From positions 2,144,001 through 2,208,000 of the forward strand of contig OY821641.1 of NCBI GenBank assembly GCA_963555995.3: a stretch of DNA of 64,000 nucleotides, in the 5' to 3' direction. The notes beneath the pieces are model-generated. The model was not told the origin of the DNA, did not search any database, and saw nothing but the letters and a program-made list of their open reading frames with translations. Positions 9,478 to 20,200 of the stretch are shown here, piece after piece; within the stretch, counting starts at the first letter, position 1, and each line of letters starts with the position of its first letter. Position numbers and translations under genes: made by a program. The stretch comes from Vicinamibacteria bacterium (GTDB lineage Bacteria; Acidobacteriota; Vicinamibacteria; Marinacidobacterales; Marinacidobacteraceae).

Positions 9478-12400
9478 ATGGACACGTCCTCCGCGGCGCC
9501 GGACGGGGGGACCCTTTCCGGCGTGCTCGGCTGGTTCGTCCGGAACCGGGTGGCGGCGAACCTGCTCCTGCTCGGGATCTCGCTGGGCGGGCTGCTCACC
9601 CTCGGCGGCATCCCGCAGGAGATGATCCCCGAGACGCGGTCGTCGGCCCTGACCGTCACCACCGTCTTCCCGGGCGCCGGCGCCGAGGTGATCGAGGACA
9701 GCGTCCTGGTCGGACTCGAGGAAGCGCTCGACGACGTCTCGGGGGTGAAGGAGATCACCGGCCTCGCCACCGAGGGAGTCGGGGTGCTCACCGTCGAGAT
9801 GGAGCGCTGGGCCGACTTCCGCAGCGTGAGCGACGAGGTGCGGGAAAGAGTGGAGTCCCTGACGACCCTGCCGGCGGACGCCGAAGAACCGGTGATCTCG
9901 GAGTTGCGGGTGGACCCGCTGCTGCTGCGGATCGCGGTCCACGGGGACACCGACGAGCGGAGCCTCACCGAGGCGGCGCACCGCGTCCGGGACGCACTCA
10001 CCCCGATCCCCGGGGTGGCGACGGTGGAGATCGCCTCGGGGCGGGACTACGAGATCTCGATCGAGGTCTCGGAAGAGGTCCTCACCCGCTTCGGGTTGAC
10101 CTTCGACCAGGTCGCGATGGCCATCCGCCGGGGCTCGGCGGACGTTCCGGGCGGCGCCATCCGTTCGGACAGCGGCGAACTGCGGGTCAGCACCGAGGCG
10201 GAAGCGGTCACCGGGGAGGACTTCGCCCGGATCCCCCTGATCGCCGCGCCCGGCGGGGGCGTGGTCACGGTCGGGGACGTGGCGGTCGTTACCGACGGCT
10301 TCGCGGACGTGCAGCGCTCGGCGCGCATGAACGGAGAGCCGGCGGCGCTCCTCGAGGTGATGCTGGCGAGCGGCGCCCGGCTCCTCGAGACCGCGCAGGC
10401 GGTCCACGCCGAAGTCCAGGAAATCGAACGGGCCATGCCGGAACGGCTCTCGGTCACCCCCTGGTTCGACGCCTGGCAGCTCTTCGAGAGCCGCATGGAC
10501 GTCCTCGTCCGGAACGGGCTCCAGGGCCTGGCGCTGATCTTCCTGGTGCTCTTCTTCACCCTGTCGAGCCGGCTGGCGGTCTGGACCGCCGCCGGACTCC
10601 CGGTGGCCTTCTTCGGCGCGTTCCTGATGATGCCCGGACTCGGGGTCACCGTGAACATGTTCAGCCTGTTCGGGTTCATCCTGACCCTCGGGATCGTGGT
10701 GGACGACGCCATCGTGGTGGGAGAGAACGTGCAGCGCCACGTCTCGCTCGCGAAGACGGACGTCGAGGGGGCGGCCGTCAGGGGAGTGCGGCAGGTGCTC
10801 TTCCCGGCCTCCTTCGGGGTCCTCACCACCATGGCCGCCTTCGGGCCGCTGCTCGGCCTCCCCGGCATCTGGGGCGACCTCATGGGCACCCTCCCCCGGA
10901 TCGTCATCCCGGTGCTCGCCTTCTCGCTGGTGGACGCCGCCTGGATCCTTCCCCACCACATGGCCCACGGGGGGCTCGGGGTGCGGCCGAGCCGCCGGCT
11001 CGCCCGCATCCGGGCCGGTTTCCAGCGCGCTCTCGACGGGACCATCGAGGTCCTCTACCGCCCGGCGCTGGGCTGGTCGCTCCGGAACCGGCTGGCGACG
11101 GTGGCCCTCGGGGTCCTGGCGCTGGCGCTGTCCCTGGGCCTGCTGGGCGGCGGCTGGGTGCCGGTGGAGACCACGCCCCCGTTCGACAGCGACGTGATCA
11201 CCGTACAGGTCTCCCTCCCACCCGGCTCCTCGGCCACCGCCACCGCGGAAGTCGTCGGCGAGGTCGAGGCGGCGATCGTCCGGATCCGCGAGGAGGTCCG
11301 GGCCGACCACGGCGTGGACCCGCAACAGAACCTGACGGCGCTGGCGGGCCAGCAGCTCCCCTTCGGCCCCGGCGGCGCCATCGGCGGCGCGCTGGCGGGT
11401 TCCGGGACCACCATCGGCCAGGTGGTGCTCGAGCTGATTCCCGCCGAGCAACGGACCGGCTTCACCGCCCGCGGGATCGGCGACCGGCTGCGCAGCCTCA
11501 CCGGCGCGCTGCCGCACGGCGGCGAGGTGACGATCCTGACGTCCATCCTGGGCGAGGAGGCGGACATCTCGATCCGCATCAGCGGCGACGACATGGAGGT
11601 GGTCAACGAGGCCTCGGCGAGCCTACAGACGCTCCTCGGCGAGTACGGGGGAGTCACTGCGGTGCGGGACGATTGGGAGGGGAGCGCTCCCGAACTGGTG
11701 GCGCGCGTCCGCTCCGGCGGGGCCGGGATCGGCATCGGCGCCGGGGAGTTCGGACGCCAGTTGCGCCAGGCGTTCTACGGCGAGGAAGTCCAGCGGATCC
11801 AGCGGGGACGCGACGAGATCCGGGTGCTGCTGCGCTACCCGCCGTCAGGCCGCACCCAGCCCGAGGACGTGACCGGGATGCGGGTCCGCCGGGCCGACGG
11901 CGGCGTGGCCCCCATCGGCGAGGTGGCCGAGCTCACCCGCGCCGAGAAGCTGGCCGCGATCCGCCGCGTGGACGGCGCGCGGGCCGTCACCGTCCACACC
12001 AACGTGGACCCCCGCGTCGCCTCCGCCGGAGCGGTGCTCGCCGACGTCGAGGCGCGGGTGCTTCCGGACCTCGGCGAGCGTTTCCGGGATCTGCGGTTCG
12101 ACGTCGTCGGCCTCGCGGGCGATCAGGCGGAGACGCTGGAAACTCTCCGGCAACACGTGCTGCTCGCCATGATCCTCATCTACGCGCTCCTCGCCGTGCC
12201 GCTCTCCTCGTGGACCCAACCCTTCGTCATCATGGCGGCGGTGCCCTTCGGGCTGGCGGGGGCGATCTTCGGCCACGTGGTCATGGGGGTGCCGTTCTCG
12301 ATCCCCAGTTTCTTCGGCATGGTGCCGCTCGTCGGGATCGTGGTGAACGACGCGCTGGTGCTGCTCGACTTCATCAACCGGAACCGCCGGGCGGGGATGC

Positions 12401-12648
12401 CCGTGCGGGAGGCGGTGCTCACGGCGGGACCGCTGCGCTTCCGCCCCATCATCCTCACCTCGGTGACCACCTGCGCCGGGCTCGCCCCGCTGATGGCCGA
12501 GCGCAGCGTGCAGGCGCAGTTCCTCGTTCCGATGGCCGCTTCGCTCGCCTTCGGGGTCGCCTTCGCCACCGTGGTGACGCTCCTCATCGTTCCCGCCCTC
12601 TACAGCCTGGGCGACGACGCCGCGCTGCTTCTGCGGGGCAGGAGTTGA
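9478..12648 (+). CDS. RND efflux permease (AcrB/AcrD/AcrF family)
   Basis: NRVAANLL, LGIVVDDAIVVGEN, GIVVNDALV and RFRPIILTSVTT motifs; 1056 aa. Confidence 0.95.
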   Translation: MDTSSAAPDGGTLSGVLGWFVRNRVAANLLLLGISLGGLLTLGGIPQEMIPETRSSALTVTTVFPGAGAEVIEDSVLVGLEEALDDVSGVKEITGLATEGVGVLTVEMERWADFRSVSDEVRERVESLTTLPADAEEPVISELRVDPLLLRIAVHGDTDERSLTEAAHRVRDALTPIPGVATVEIASGRDYEISIEVSEEVLTRFGLTFDQVAMAIRRGSADVPGGAIRSDSGELRVSTEAEAVTGEDFARIPLIAAPGGGVVTVGDVAVVTDGFADVQRSARMNGEPAALLEVMLASGARLLETAQAVHAEVQEIERAMPERLSVTPWFDAWQLFESRMDVLVRNGLQGLALIFLVLFFTLSSRLAVWTAAGLPVAFFGAFLMMPGLGVTVNMFSLFGFILTLGIVVDDAIVVGENVQRHVSLAKTDVEGAAVRGVRQVLFPASFGVLTTMAAFGPLLGLPGIWGDLMGTLPRIVIPVLAFSLVDAAWILPHHMAHGGLGVRPSRRLARIRAGFQRALDGTIEVLYRPALGWSLRNRLATVALGVLALALSLGLLGGGWVPVETTPPFDSDVITVQVSLPPGSSATATAEVVGEVEAAIVRIREEVRADHGVDPQQNLTALAGQQLPFGPGGAIGGALAGSGTTIGQVVLELIPAEQRTGFTARGIGDRLRSLTGALPHGGEVTILTSILGEEADISIRISGDDMEVVNEASASLQTLLGEYGGVTAVRDDWEGSAPELVARVRSGGAGIGIGAGEFGRQLRQAFYGEEVQRIQRGRDEIRVLLRYPPSGRTQPEDVTGMRVRRADGGVAPIGEVAELTRAEKLAAIRRVDGARAVTVHTNVDPRVASAGAVLADVEARVLPDLGERFRDLRFDVVGLAGDQAETLETLRQHVLLAMILIYALLAVPLSSWTQPFVIMAAVPFGLAGAIFGHVVMGVPFSIPSFFGMVPLVGIVVNDALVLLDFINRNRRAGMPVREAVLTAGPLRFRPIILTSVTTCAGLAPLMAERSVQAQFLVPMAASLAFGVAFATVVTLLIVPALYSLGDDAALLLRGRS

Positions 12649-12750
12649 CGGCCGGTGGCAAGACCCACGCGGTGCTCGACGGGCGATGCATCCCGGCTGA
12701 ACCGCGCCTCTGCGAGGCGCTCATCGTCGCGTTTCACCACGGGCCGTTAG
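12646..12750. mobile_element. Short, internally deleted member of the MITE family seen at 3213
   Basis: Inverted ends TGACGGCCGGTGG / CCACGGGCCGTTA; internal GATGCATCCCGGCTGAACCGCGCCTCTGCGAGGCGCTC nearly identical to 3343-3380. Confidence 0.6.
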
Positions 12751-12764
12751 CGGCCGGTCGCAGC

Positions 12765-13979
12765 ATGTCCACGGACGACGGGCGATCCCCGCCGCAATCT
12801 CCGGAGATCTTCGTTCCGGCCGCGTACCGCACCGGTTACGACAGGGCGCGCTGGACCGATCCGGAGTTGGCCCATCGGTACATCGAGCACACCACGAAGG
12901 GGGACCCGCTCGCGGATGCGGCGATCGAGTCCATGGCGGGCCTGCCCCAGAAACGGATCCACCAGATCATCACGGCGGGGATGGAGGAGGACGAGGCCGG
13001 CTTCCGGGACGCGCCGCCCGAACTCAGGGAACTCATCGAATCCAGTTCCGTCCAGCCCGACTGGTTCGATTCGCGGGCGGTCTATCCGGGATGCCGGGCG
13101 TTTCACGCCGATTCGGATCTCTACGTCCAGGCGCTGGTCGGCTCGAGCATCGTCTGGGGCTTCACGACCCTCATCAGCAAGTCGTTCTTCACCACCGGAA
13201 GGCTGACGGACCACGGGGTCCGGCGTCTCCGCCAGAACATCCGCCAACTCATCGAGATCATGATCCCGGGGGGAATGGAGCGCCACGGCGAGGGCTGGAA
13301 GCTGAGCGTCCGGATTCGCCTCATCCACGCCCAGGTTCGATACCACCTGAGGAGATCCGACGAGTGGGACGAGGCGGACGTCGGGACGCCGATCCACATC
13401 GGGCACGTCTCGCTGGCCGCGGCCAACTTCTCGGCGCGGGTGATCGAGGCGGCGATGAGACTCGGAGCCGAGCCGAGCCGGGAAGAACGGGAGGCGTTCG
13501 TCCAGATCTGGCGGTACTCGGCGCACCTGATGGGCGTTCCGGAAACGATCCTGTTCACGAGCGAGGCGGATGCGCTCGAGCTCTGCCGGGTCGCGGTCAC
13601 CTGCGAGCCGCGGCCCACGATCGAGGGCATCGTGATGGCGAACGCCCTCGTCAATTCGGCCCCGGTGGTGATCGGCATCCGGCAACCACGCGAGCGCCAG
13701 CACCTCGCCGACTACGTGTACCGCGTGTCCCGCGCCCTGATCGGCGACGAGTTGGCGGACACGCTCCACTACCCGCGTCAGTCCACCCGGGGCCTGCTCT
13801 TCTACCTGCGGAACAAGCGCCGCCTGGCGAAGCGGTTGCGCAGCCTGGTGCCGCGCTGGGAAGCGAGGGCGAAGGTGGACCGGTTCACCGCGCTCGTGGA
13901 CAACTCCCGGTTGCGCGACCCCCTGATTTCCTACCGCCTGCCGCCGAGGCTGCATTCCGACGAGACCCAGACCTGGTGA
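12765..13979 (+). CDS. MpaB/rubber-oxygenase (Lcp)-like heme oxygenase, DUF2236 family
   Basis: GDPLADA, PDWFD, GWKLSVRIRLIHAQVR, WD...GTPI and WRYSAHLMGV motifs. Confidence 0.8.
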   Translation: MSTDDGRSPPQSPEIFVPAAYRTGYDRARWTDPELAHRYIEHTTKGDPLADAAIESMAGLPQKRIHQIITAGMEEDEAGFRDAPPELRELIESSSVQPDWFDSRAVYPGCRAFHADSDLYVQALVGSSIVWGFTTLISKSFFTTGRLTDHGVRRLRQNIRQLIEIMIPGGMERHGEGWKLSVRIRLIHAQVRYHLRRSDEWDEADVGTPIHIGHVSLAAANFSARVIEAAMRLGAEPSREEREAFVQIWRYSAHLMGVPETILFTSEADALELCRVAVTCEPRPTIEGIVMANALVNSAPVVIGIRQPRERQHLADYVYRVSRALIGDELADTLHYPRQSTRGLLFYLRNKRRLAKRLRSLVPRWEARAKVDRFTALVDNSRLRDPLISYRLPPRLHSDETQTW

Positions 13980-14046
13980 GGCCGCCGGGAACGGCGCTTT
14001 GCCCTGCCGACGGGATTTGTCGCACTTCAGTCCTATAGTGGGAACC

Positions 14047-17000
14047 GTGCCGAAACGATTCGTCAAGAGCCCGCGGGCGGCGGTGCGGATCGAGGCGGCC
14101 CGCCGGTTTCTCGAGGGACTCGGAACGAAGCAGCCGTTCCTCGTCGTCGCGCCGGGCCGCCACGCCGCCGACCGGATGGTCCACGCGGTGGCGGAGGCGC
14201 GAGGCGCCACCGGCGCGCTCCTCGGCGCCTTCCGCTTCGGCCTGTTCGTCCTCGCCGGGAAGCTCGCCCGCCTCGAGCTCGCGGCGCGCCGGCTCAAGGC
14301 GCTCACCCCGGCGGCAAGACTCGCGGCGGTCGTCCGTGTCATCCACCAGGCGCGCGGGCGCGGAGCGCTCGGGCGCTTCCGCGAAGCCGCCGAAGGACCG
14401 GGCCTCGCCATCCGGCTCGCCTCCACCTTCGACGAGCTGCGGATGGCGGGCGTCACCGCCAAGCGGCTGGCGGTCCGGGACGAGTGCCTCGGGGCGTTCT
14501 ACGGCGCCTACCTGGAGACGCTGGCCGAGGTGGGGCTCGCCGACCGGGCGGAAACGTTGGCCGCCGCCACCCGCCGGATCGCGAGCGGGGCCGGTCCCCC
14601 GGCGGGGCTGCCGCTCCTCCTGCTGGACGTTCCGCTCTGGGCCCCGGGCGCGCGCCGCTTCGCCGGCGCCCTGGCGGCGGCCGCCCCCGAGGTGTTCCTG
14701 ACGATCCCCGAAGGGGACCACGCCACCGAGCAGGCCGCGCTCGCGCTGGGGGCCGTACCGCTCGCGAGAGCCGCACCGGGCTTCGAGGACGTGGAGCCCG
14801 ACGATGCGGTGGCTTCGGCGCAACGCCATCTGTTCGCCCCCCGGCGGCCGGACCCCGGCCGGGAGCGTCGCGGGCTCGGCGTGATCGCGGCGCCCGGAAC
14901 CGCCGCCGAGGCCATCGAGCACGCCCGCGCGTTCCTCGCCGAGGCGGCCGAAGGCGTTCCCTTCGACCGGATGGCCGTCCTCCTCCCGGAGCCCGCCGGC
15001 CAGGCTTCGGCGTTTCAGGAGGCCTTCGGGCGCGCCGGGATTCCGGCGTTCCTCGATGCCGGCGCCCGGCGGCCGCACCCGGCCGGGCGCGCCTTCGTGG
15101 TCCTGCTGGACTGCGCCCGCGAGGGGCTCTCCGCAACGCGGTTCGCCGAGTACCTCTCGCTCGGAGAGACTCCGGCCGCTCCGGCGGAGGTTCCCGGAAC
15201 CGGTCCGGCGGAAAACGATGCCACGGAGGTCACGGGCTTCGTGGCCCCGCGCCGCTGGGAGCGATTGATCCTGGATTCCGAGGTCATCGGCGGTCTCGAC
15301 CGCTGGGAGCGGCGGCTCGCCCGCTTCGCGGACCGGCTGCGGCAGGACGAGGAGGCGGAAGCGGATGACGCGAGGCGGGAGCACCTCCGGTTGCGCCAGC
15401 GGGACCTCGGGCGACTGACCGGGACCGCCCTGCCCATCCTCCGCCGGCTGGCGGCCTTCCCCTCCCCGCACGCAACCTATTCCGAATGGAGGGATCACCT
15501 CGAGGGACTGGCCCGCGCCGCACTTCTCCATCCCCAGGGGGTCCTCGATTGCCTGGCGGAAACGGATCCGATGCGGGACGTGAGCGAAGTCACACTCGAC
15601 GAGGTGCGGGAAAGCCTCGCCCGGCGGCTCGCCGAGGTGGTCACCCGCTCCCGGGGCAGCCGCTACGGACGGGTCTGGGTGGGGCCCATCGAGGCCGCGC
15701 GCGGGCTCGCCTTCGACGTGGTGGCGGTTCCGGGACTCTCCGAACGGGCATTCCCCCGCGTGCTCCGCGAGGATCCCATGCTCCTCGACCGGGAGCGGGC
15801 GGCGCTTTCTCCGGACCTGCCGGTGCGCTCCGATCTCGCCGAGCGCGAACGCCTGCGGTTCTCGATCGGGGTCGGCGCGGCCACCCGGAAACTCACCCTC
15901 AGCTACTCCTCGCTGAATCTCGTCGAGGGCCGTCCCCGGGTGCCGTCCTACTACCTGGCGGAGGCCTTCCGGGCCGGTCTCGGCAAGGTCCCGACGCTCG
16001 CCGAAATCCGTGCCGAGGCCGGCCGGGAAAGCAAGGTGGTCCGGGGGATTCGCGCTCCGCGCGACGCGTCGCTCGCGATCGATCGGCGCGAGTTCGATCT
16101 CGCGCAGGTCGCGTCCGCCCTCGGAAGACCGGAGGCCCGTCCCGGGGATGCCGGCGCGGCGGCGTATCTGCTCTCCGACCAGGGTCTGGCCCGCGCGCTT
16201 CGCCAGGAATACATGCGCCAGCAGTGGAAGTGGCAGTCTCCCGACGGCTTCCTGAACCCGGACCAGGCCGCGGTGGAGGCGCTGGAACGGCACCGGCCCG
16301 GGAACCGTTCCTTCTCGGCGACCGGCCTCGAGGCGTATGCCGCCTGCCCCTATCAGTTCTTCCTCAAGAACCTCGTCCGGCTGCGGCCGGTCGAACGTCC
16401 CGAGGCGCTGGTCCACCTGGACCCGCTCACCCGCGGTTCCCTGCTGCACGACGTGTTCTTCCACCTGGGACGCGCGTTCCGGGAGCGCGGCCTGGCCCCG
16501 CTGCGGGAAGAACGGCTCGACGAGGCGTACGAACTGCTGGCGGACATCTTCCGGCGGGTGGAGGCCGACGTGCGCGAACGGGTCGCGCCGGCGATCGACC
16601 GCATCTGGCGGGACCAGATGGACGGGCTGCTCGGCGACCTGCGCGGCTTCCTGCAGCGGTACGCCGAGACCGGCCGCGTCCCCTTGGCAAACGAGCTCAC
16701 CTTCGGCATGGGAGCGAAACAGCCCGCCGACCCGGCCAGCCGGACCGAGGCGGCGCTGCTCCCCGGCGGACTCCGGCTCCACGGTTCCATTGATGTCGTC
16801 GAGCAACTCTCCGACGCGAGCGTCCAGATCACGGACTACAAGACGGGGCGGGCTTCGATCGAGACCACCGGCGACCAGAGCGTCCTGTTCGGCGGCCGGG
16901 CCCTCCAGCCGCTCCTCTACGCGCTGGCCTACGAGGCGCTGTCGGGATCTCCCGCGGCCTCGGGGCGGCTCTACTACGCGACCATCCGCGGCGCCTACCT

Positions 17001-17253
17001 GGAGACCGTGGTGGACGCCGCGAGCGAGGCCTCGCGGACGGTCTTCGAGTCGTTCGTCGCGGGACTCGACCGGGCGATCCAGGGCGGGCGCTTCCCGGCG
17101 CTACCGAACCCGGGGGTCACCTACCGGGTGTGCGACTACTGCGACTACCTTCCGGTCTGCGGACCGCGGCCCGCGGGGTACGCGCGTACGAAGGCGCGGG
17201 CCGGGTTCGCCGCCGCCCTCGACGAGGTCGTCGGCATCCGGAGTCTGCCGTGA
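14047..17253 (+). CDS. addB: AddB-like helicase-nuclease subunit with PD-(D/E)XK nuclease domain
   Basis: SATGLEAYAACPYQFF, GSIDVVE...DYKTG and CDYCDYLPVC Fe-S motif; overlaps addA start. Confidence 0.85.
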   Translation: MPKRFVKSPRAAVRIEAARRFLEGLGTKQPFLVVAPGRHAADRMVHAVAEARGATGALLGAFRFGLFVLAGKLARLELAARRLKALTPAARLAAVVRVIHQARGRGALGRFREAAEGPGLAIRLASTFDELRMAGVTAKRLAVRDECLGAFYGAYLETLAEVGLADRAETLAAATRRIASGAGPPAGLPLLLLDVPLWAPGARRFAGALAAAAPEVFLTIPEGDHATEQAALALGAVPLARAAPGFEDVEPDDAVASAQRHLFAPRRPDPGRERRGLGVIAAPGTAAEAIEHARAFLAEAAEGVPFDRMAVLLPEPAGQASAFQEAFGRAGIPAFLDAGARRPHPAGRAFVVLLDCAREGLSATRFAEYLSLGETPAAPAEVPGTGPAENDATEVTGFVAPRRWERLILDSEVIGGLDRWERRLARFADRLRQDEEAEADDARREHLRLRQRDLGRLTGTALPILRRLAAFPSPHATYSEWRDHLEGLARAALLHPQGVLDCLAETDPMRDVSEVTLDEVRESLARRLAEVVTRSRGSRYGRVWVGPIEAARGLAFDVVAVPGLSERAFPRVLREDPMLLDRERAALSPDLPVRSDLAERERLRFSIGVGAATRKLTLSYSSLNLVEGRPRVPSYYLAEAFRAGLGKVPTLAEIRAEAGRESKVVRGIRAPRDASLAIDRREFDLAQVASALGRPEARPGDAGAAAYLLSDQGLARALRQEYMRQQWKWQSPDGFLNPDQAAVEALERHRPGNRSFSATGLEAYAACPYQFFLKNLVRLRPVERPEALVHLDPLTRGSLLHDVFFHLGRAFRERGLAPLREERLDEAYELLADIFRRVEADVRERVAPAIDRIWRDQMDGLLGDLRGFLQRYAETGRVPLANELTFGMGAKQPADPASRTEAALLPGGLRLHGSIDVVEQLSDASVQITDYKTGRASIETTGDQSVLFGGRALQPLLYALAYEALSGSPAASGRLYYATIRGAYLETVVDAASEASRTVFESFVAGLDRAIQGGRFPALPNPGVTYRVCDYCDYLPVCGPRPAGYARTKARAGFAAALDEVVGIRSLP

Positions 17254-20200
17254 ACGCCCTTCCGGACGCGGCGGCGCGGGAGCGCATCCGCCGGGACCAC
17301 GACACCACGCTGATCGTGGAGGCGGCAGCCGGCACCGGGAAGACCACGTCGGTCGTCGGCAGGGTGGTCGAGATGGTGGCCGGCGGGGCCGCCCGGATCG
17401 GGCAGATCGCCGCGATCACCTTCACGGAGAAAGCCGCCGGCGAACTGCGGCTCCGCATCCGCCAGGGCCTCGAGTCCCGGCTCGAGAACGCGGCCGACGG
17501 GGCGGACGGGGCAGCCGCCGGGCCGCGCCTCGAAGCCGCGCTCTCCCAGATCGAGGAGGCGTCCATCGGCACCATCCACGCCTTCTGCGCCACCATCCTC
17601 AGGGAGCGTCCCATCGAGGCGGGGGTGGACCCCGACTTCCAGATCCTGACGGACGCCGAGCAGCGGGCCTTCTTCGACCGGGTCTTCCGCCGTTTCGTGG
17701 ACCGCCAGCTCGAGGGGCCGGGGCCGGGGATCGCCCGCCTGCTGCGCCGCAGCCGGAACCCGATGGTGAGCCCGCTCGACGTCCTCCGCGAGGCCGGGCT
17801 GCGGCTCCTCGACTACCGGTCCCTCGACGCCCCGTGGAAGCGGTCCGCCTGGGACGCCGCCGCCGCCGTCGCGGAACTGGTCGAGCAGCCCGGCGGCGAG
17901 GGAAGCGAACCGGTCCCTTCCCTCTTCATGATCGAAGACCTCTACCGCGCGCTCCCGAAGGACCCGCCGGGAGCGAGACCCAACTGGCTGATCCGCTCCC
18001 TCACCGCCGCCGCGGATCTCGCGCGGGAGATCCGGGTACGCGAAGCGGCCTCCGGAAGCGACCTCGACTGGATCGAGCAGGCGCTTGCGGAGCTGAGGGT
18101 GCCGGCGTACGGCGGCCGCACCCCCGCCGGTTTCCCCCACACCCGCAAGTGGCGTGACGCCTTCCGGGCCCGGCTCGCCGCATTCCAAAAGCAGAGCAAC
18201 GCGGACCTCGCCGCCCTCCTGCGGGAGGACCTGCGCGGGCTGGTCGCCGACTACGAGAGCGCGAAAGCGAAGGCCGGTCTGCTGGACTTCGACGACCTGC
18301 TGCTGCGGACGCGGGGCCTGCTGCGGGAGCACGCGGAGGTCCGCCGGGAGCTCGCGGGCCGGTTCCGCCACATCGTGGTGGACGAATACCAGGACACCGA
18401 CCCGATGCAGACGGAGATCGTCCTGCTGCTCACCGCCGAGGAGCCGGCGGACGCCGACTGGCGCGAGGCGGTTCCGGTTCCCGGACGCCTCGCCCTGGTG
18501 GGGGATCCCAAGCAGTCCATCTATCGCTTCCGCCGCGCCGACGTGGCCCACTACCTCCGCGTCAAGGAGCGCCTGCTCGCGAACGGGGCCGCCGAGGTGC
18601 GGCTGACCACGAACTTCCGTTCGGTTCCCGGCATTTGCGACTTCGTGAACCGGACCCTGAAACCGGTGTTCGAGGCGGCTCCCGGGCTGGGAGGCTTCGC
18701 GCGCCAGGTGGACTATCTACCGCTCCACGCCCACCGGGAGCCGATGCCGGGACCCGCGCTCGCCGCCATCCCGCTGGCGCACGCCCCCAACCCGCGGCAG
18801 CTCGAGGAGCAGGAGCCGCGGGCGGTGGCGGGGTTCGTGGGCGGGCTTCTCGACCGCGGCTTCGAGGTCTCGGCGGCGGACGGCGGCTCGCCGCGGCCGG
18901 TGCAGGCGAGCGATGTCTGCCTGCTCTTCCGGCGTTTCCGGAACTACGGGCGGCTGGTGCCCCGGCCGTATGCCGATGCCCTTCAGGACCTCGGCATCCC
19001 GCACTCGCTGGCGGCCGTGCAGACCTACATCGGCAGCGCCGAGCTGTCGTTCCTGCGGGCGGCCCTCACCGCCGTCGAGTTCCCCGAGGACGAGCTGAGC
19101 GTTTACGCGACCCTCAGAGGCCCCCTGTTCGCGCTTCCCGACCAGGACCTCTTCCTCTTCCGGGAGCGCCATCCGGAAATCCGGCTGCGGCCTGCCCGCG
19201 CCCGGCTCCTCGAGCTGGAGGACGACCCCGCCGCCGCGGGACGGGCGGACCGGACGATCCGGGACGCGCTCGCCTTCCTCTACGACCTGCACCGGCGCCG
19301 CACCCACCAGCCGATCGCGGTAACGCTCCAGGAACTCCTGGGACGGCACCGCGCGGAAACCGGATTCGCCTTCTGGAACTCCCCGGACCAGGTGCTCTCG
19401 AACCTCCGCCGGCTCGCGGAGGCGGCCCGCGCCTTCGAGGCGCGCGGAGGACTCTCCTTCCGCGGGTTCGTGGAGCAACTCGCCGCGGAAGCGGAGAACC
19501 CGGACGCCGGCTCGGCGCACGCCATTGACGAGGACGTGAGCGGGGTGCGGATCATGACCACCCATACCGCCAAGGGGCTCGAGTTCCCGGTGGTGGTCCT
19601 CTGCGACGGGGCCGCGCAGCGCCGCGGACGGGCAAGCCGCATCGCGAACGCGGAGAAGCGGCTCTACGCGTGCGACCTGGGCGCCGGCATCGTGCCCTGG
19701 GACCTCATCGAGGGAACGCCGGCCGAGGAGGCGGAGGACCTCGCGGAGCTGGACCGGCTCCTGTACGTCGCGATGACCCGGGCCCGGGACCTGCTGGCGG
19801 CGCCGGTGGCCGAGGGAGATTTCCCGGCGGAGAGCCTGCTCGCCCCGGTGGCGGCGGGTCTGAAGCCGCTGCTCGGACGCGGCGGCATCACCCCCCGGAC
19901 GGACGAATCGGGACCTTCCGGCGCGCCGGGGAGGCGGCGGGGGACCGGCGCGCTCTGGGATCTGCTCCGGGCGGACGCGGCCGGCGGCGCTCCCGGCGAC
20001 GGGAAGGCGGCCGAAGCTGCCTTCCTCGCCCGGCGGCAGCGAGCCGTCGCCGACGGGCAGGTCCCGACCCGCCGGGCAATGCCGGCCACGGCGTTCGCCG
20101 CGCTGGAAGCCGCTGCCGATCCCGCGGATGCCCGGCAGATGGACGTCCGGCCGGTGGAGGTCGAAGAACTGCCGCGGGATTCGGAGCGCCCCGCCGGGGT

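Noticed and set aside
9303-13979. 1558-aa ORF as one giant protein
   Set aside because: The N-terminal part is an off-frame shadow of the RND permease; only 12765-13979 looks like a real protein
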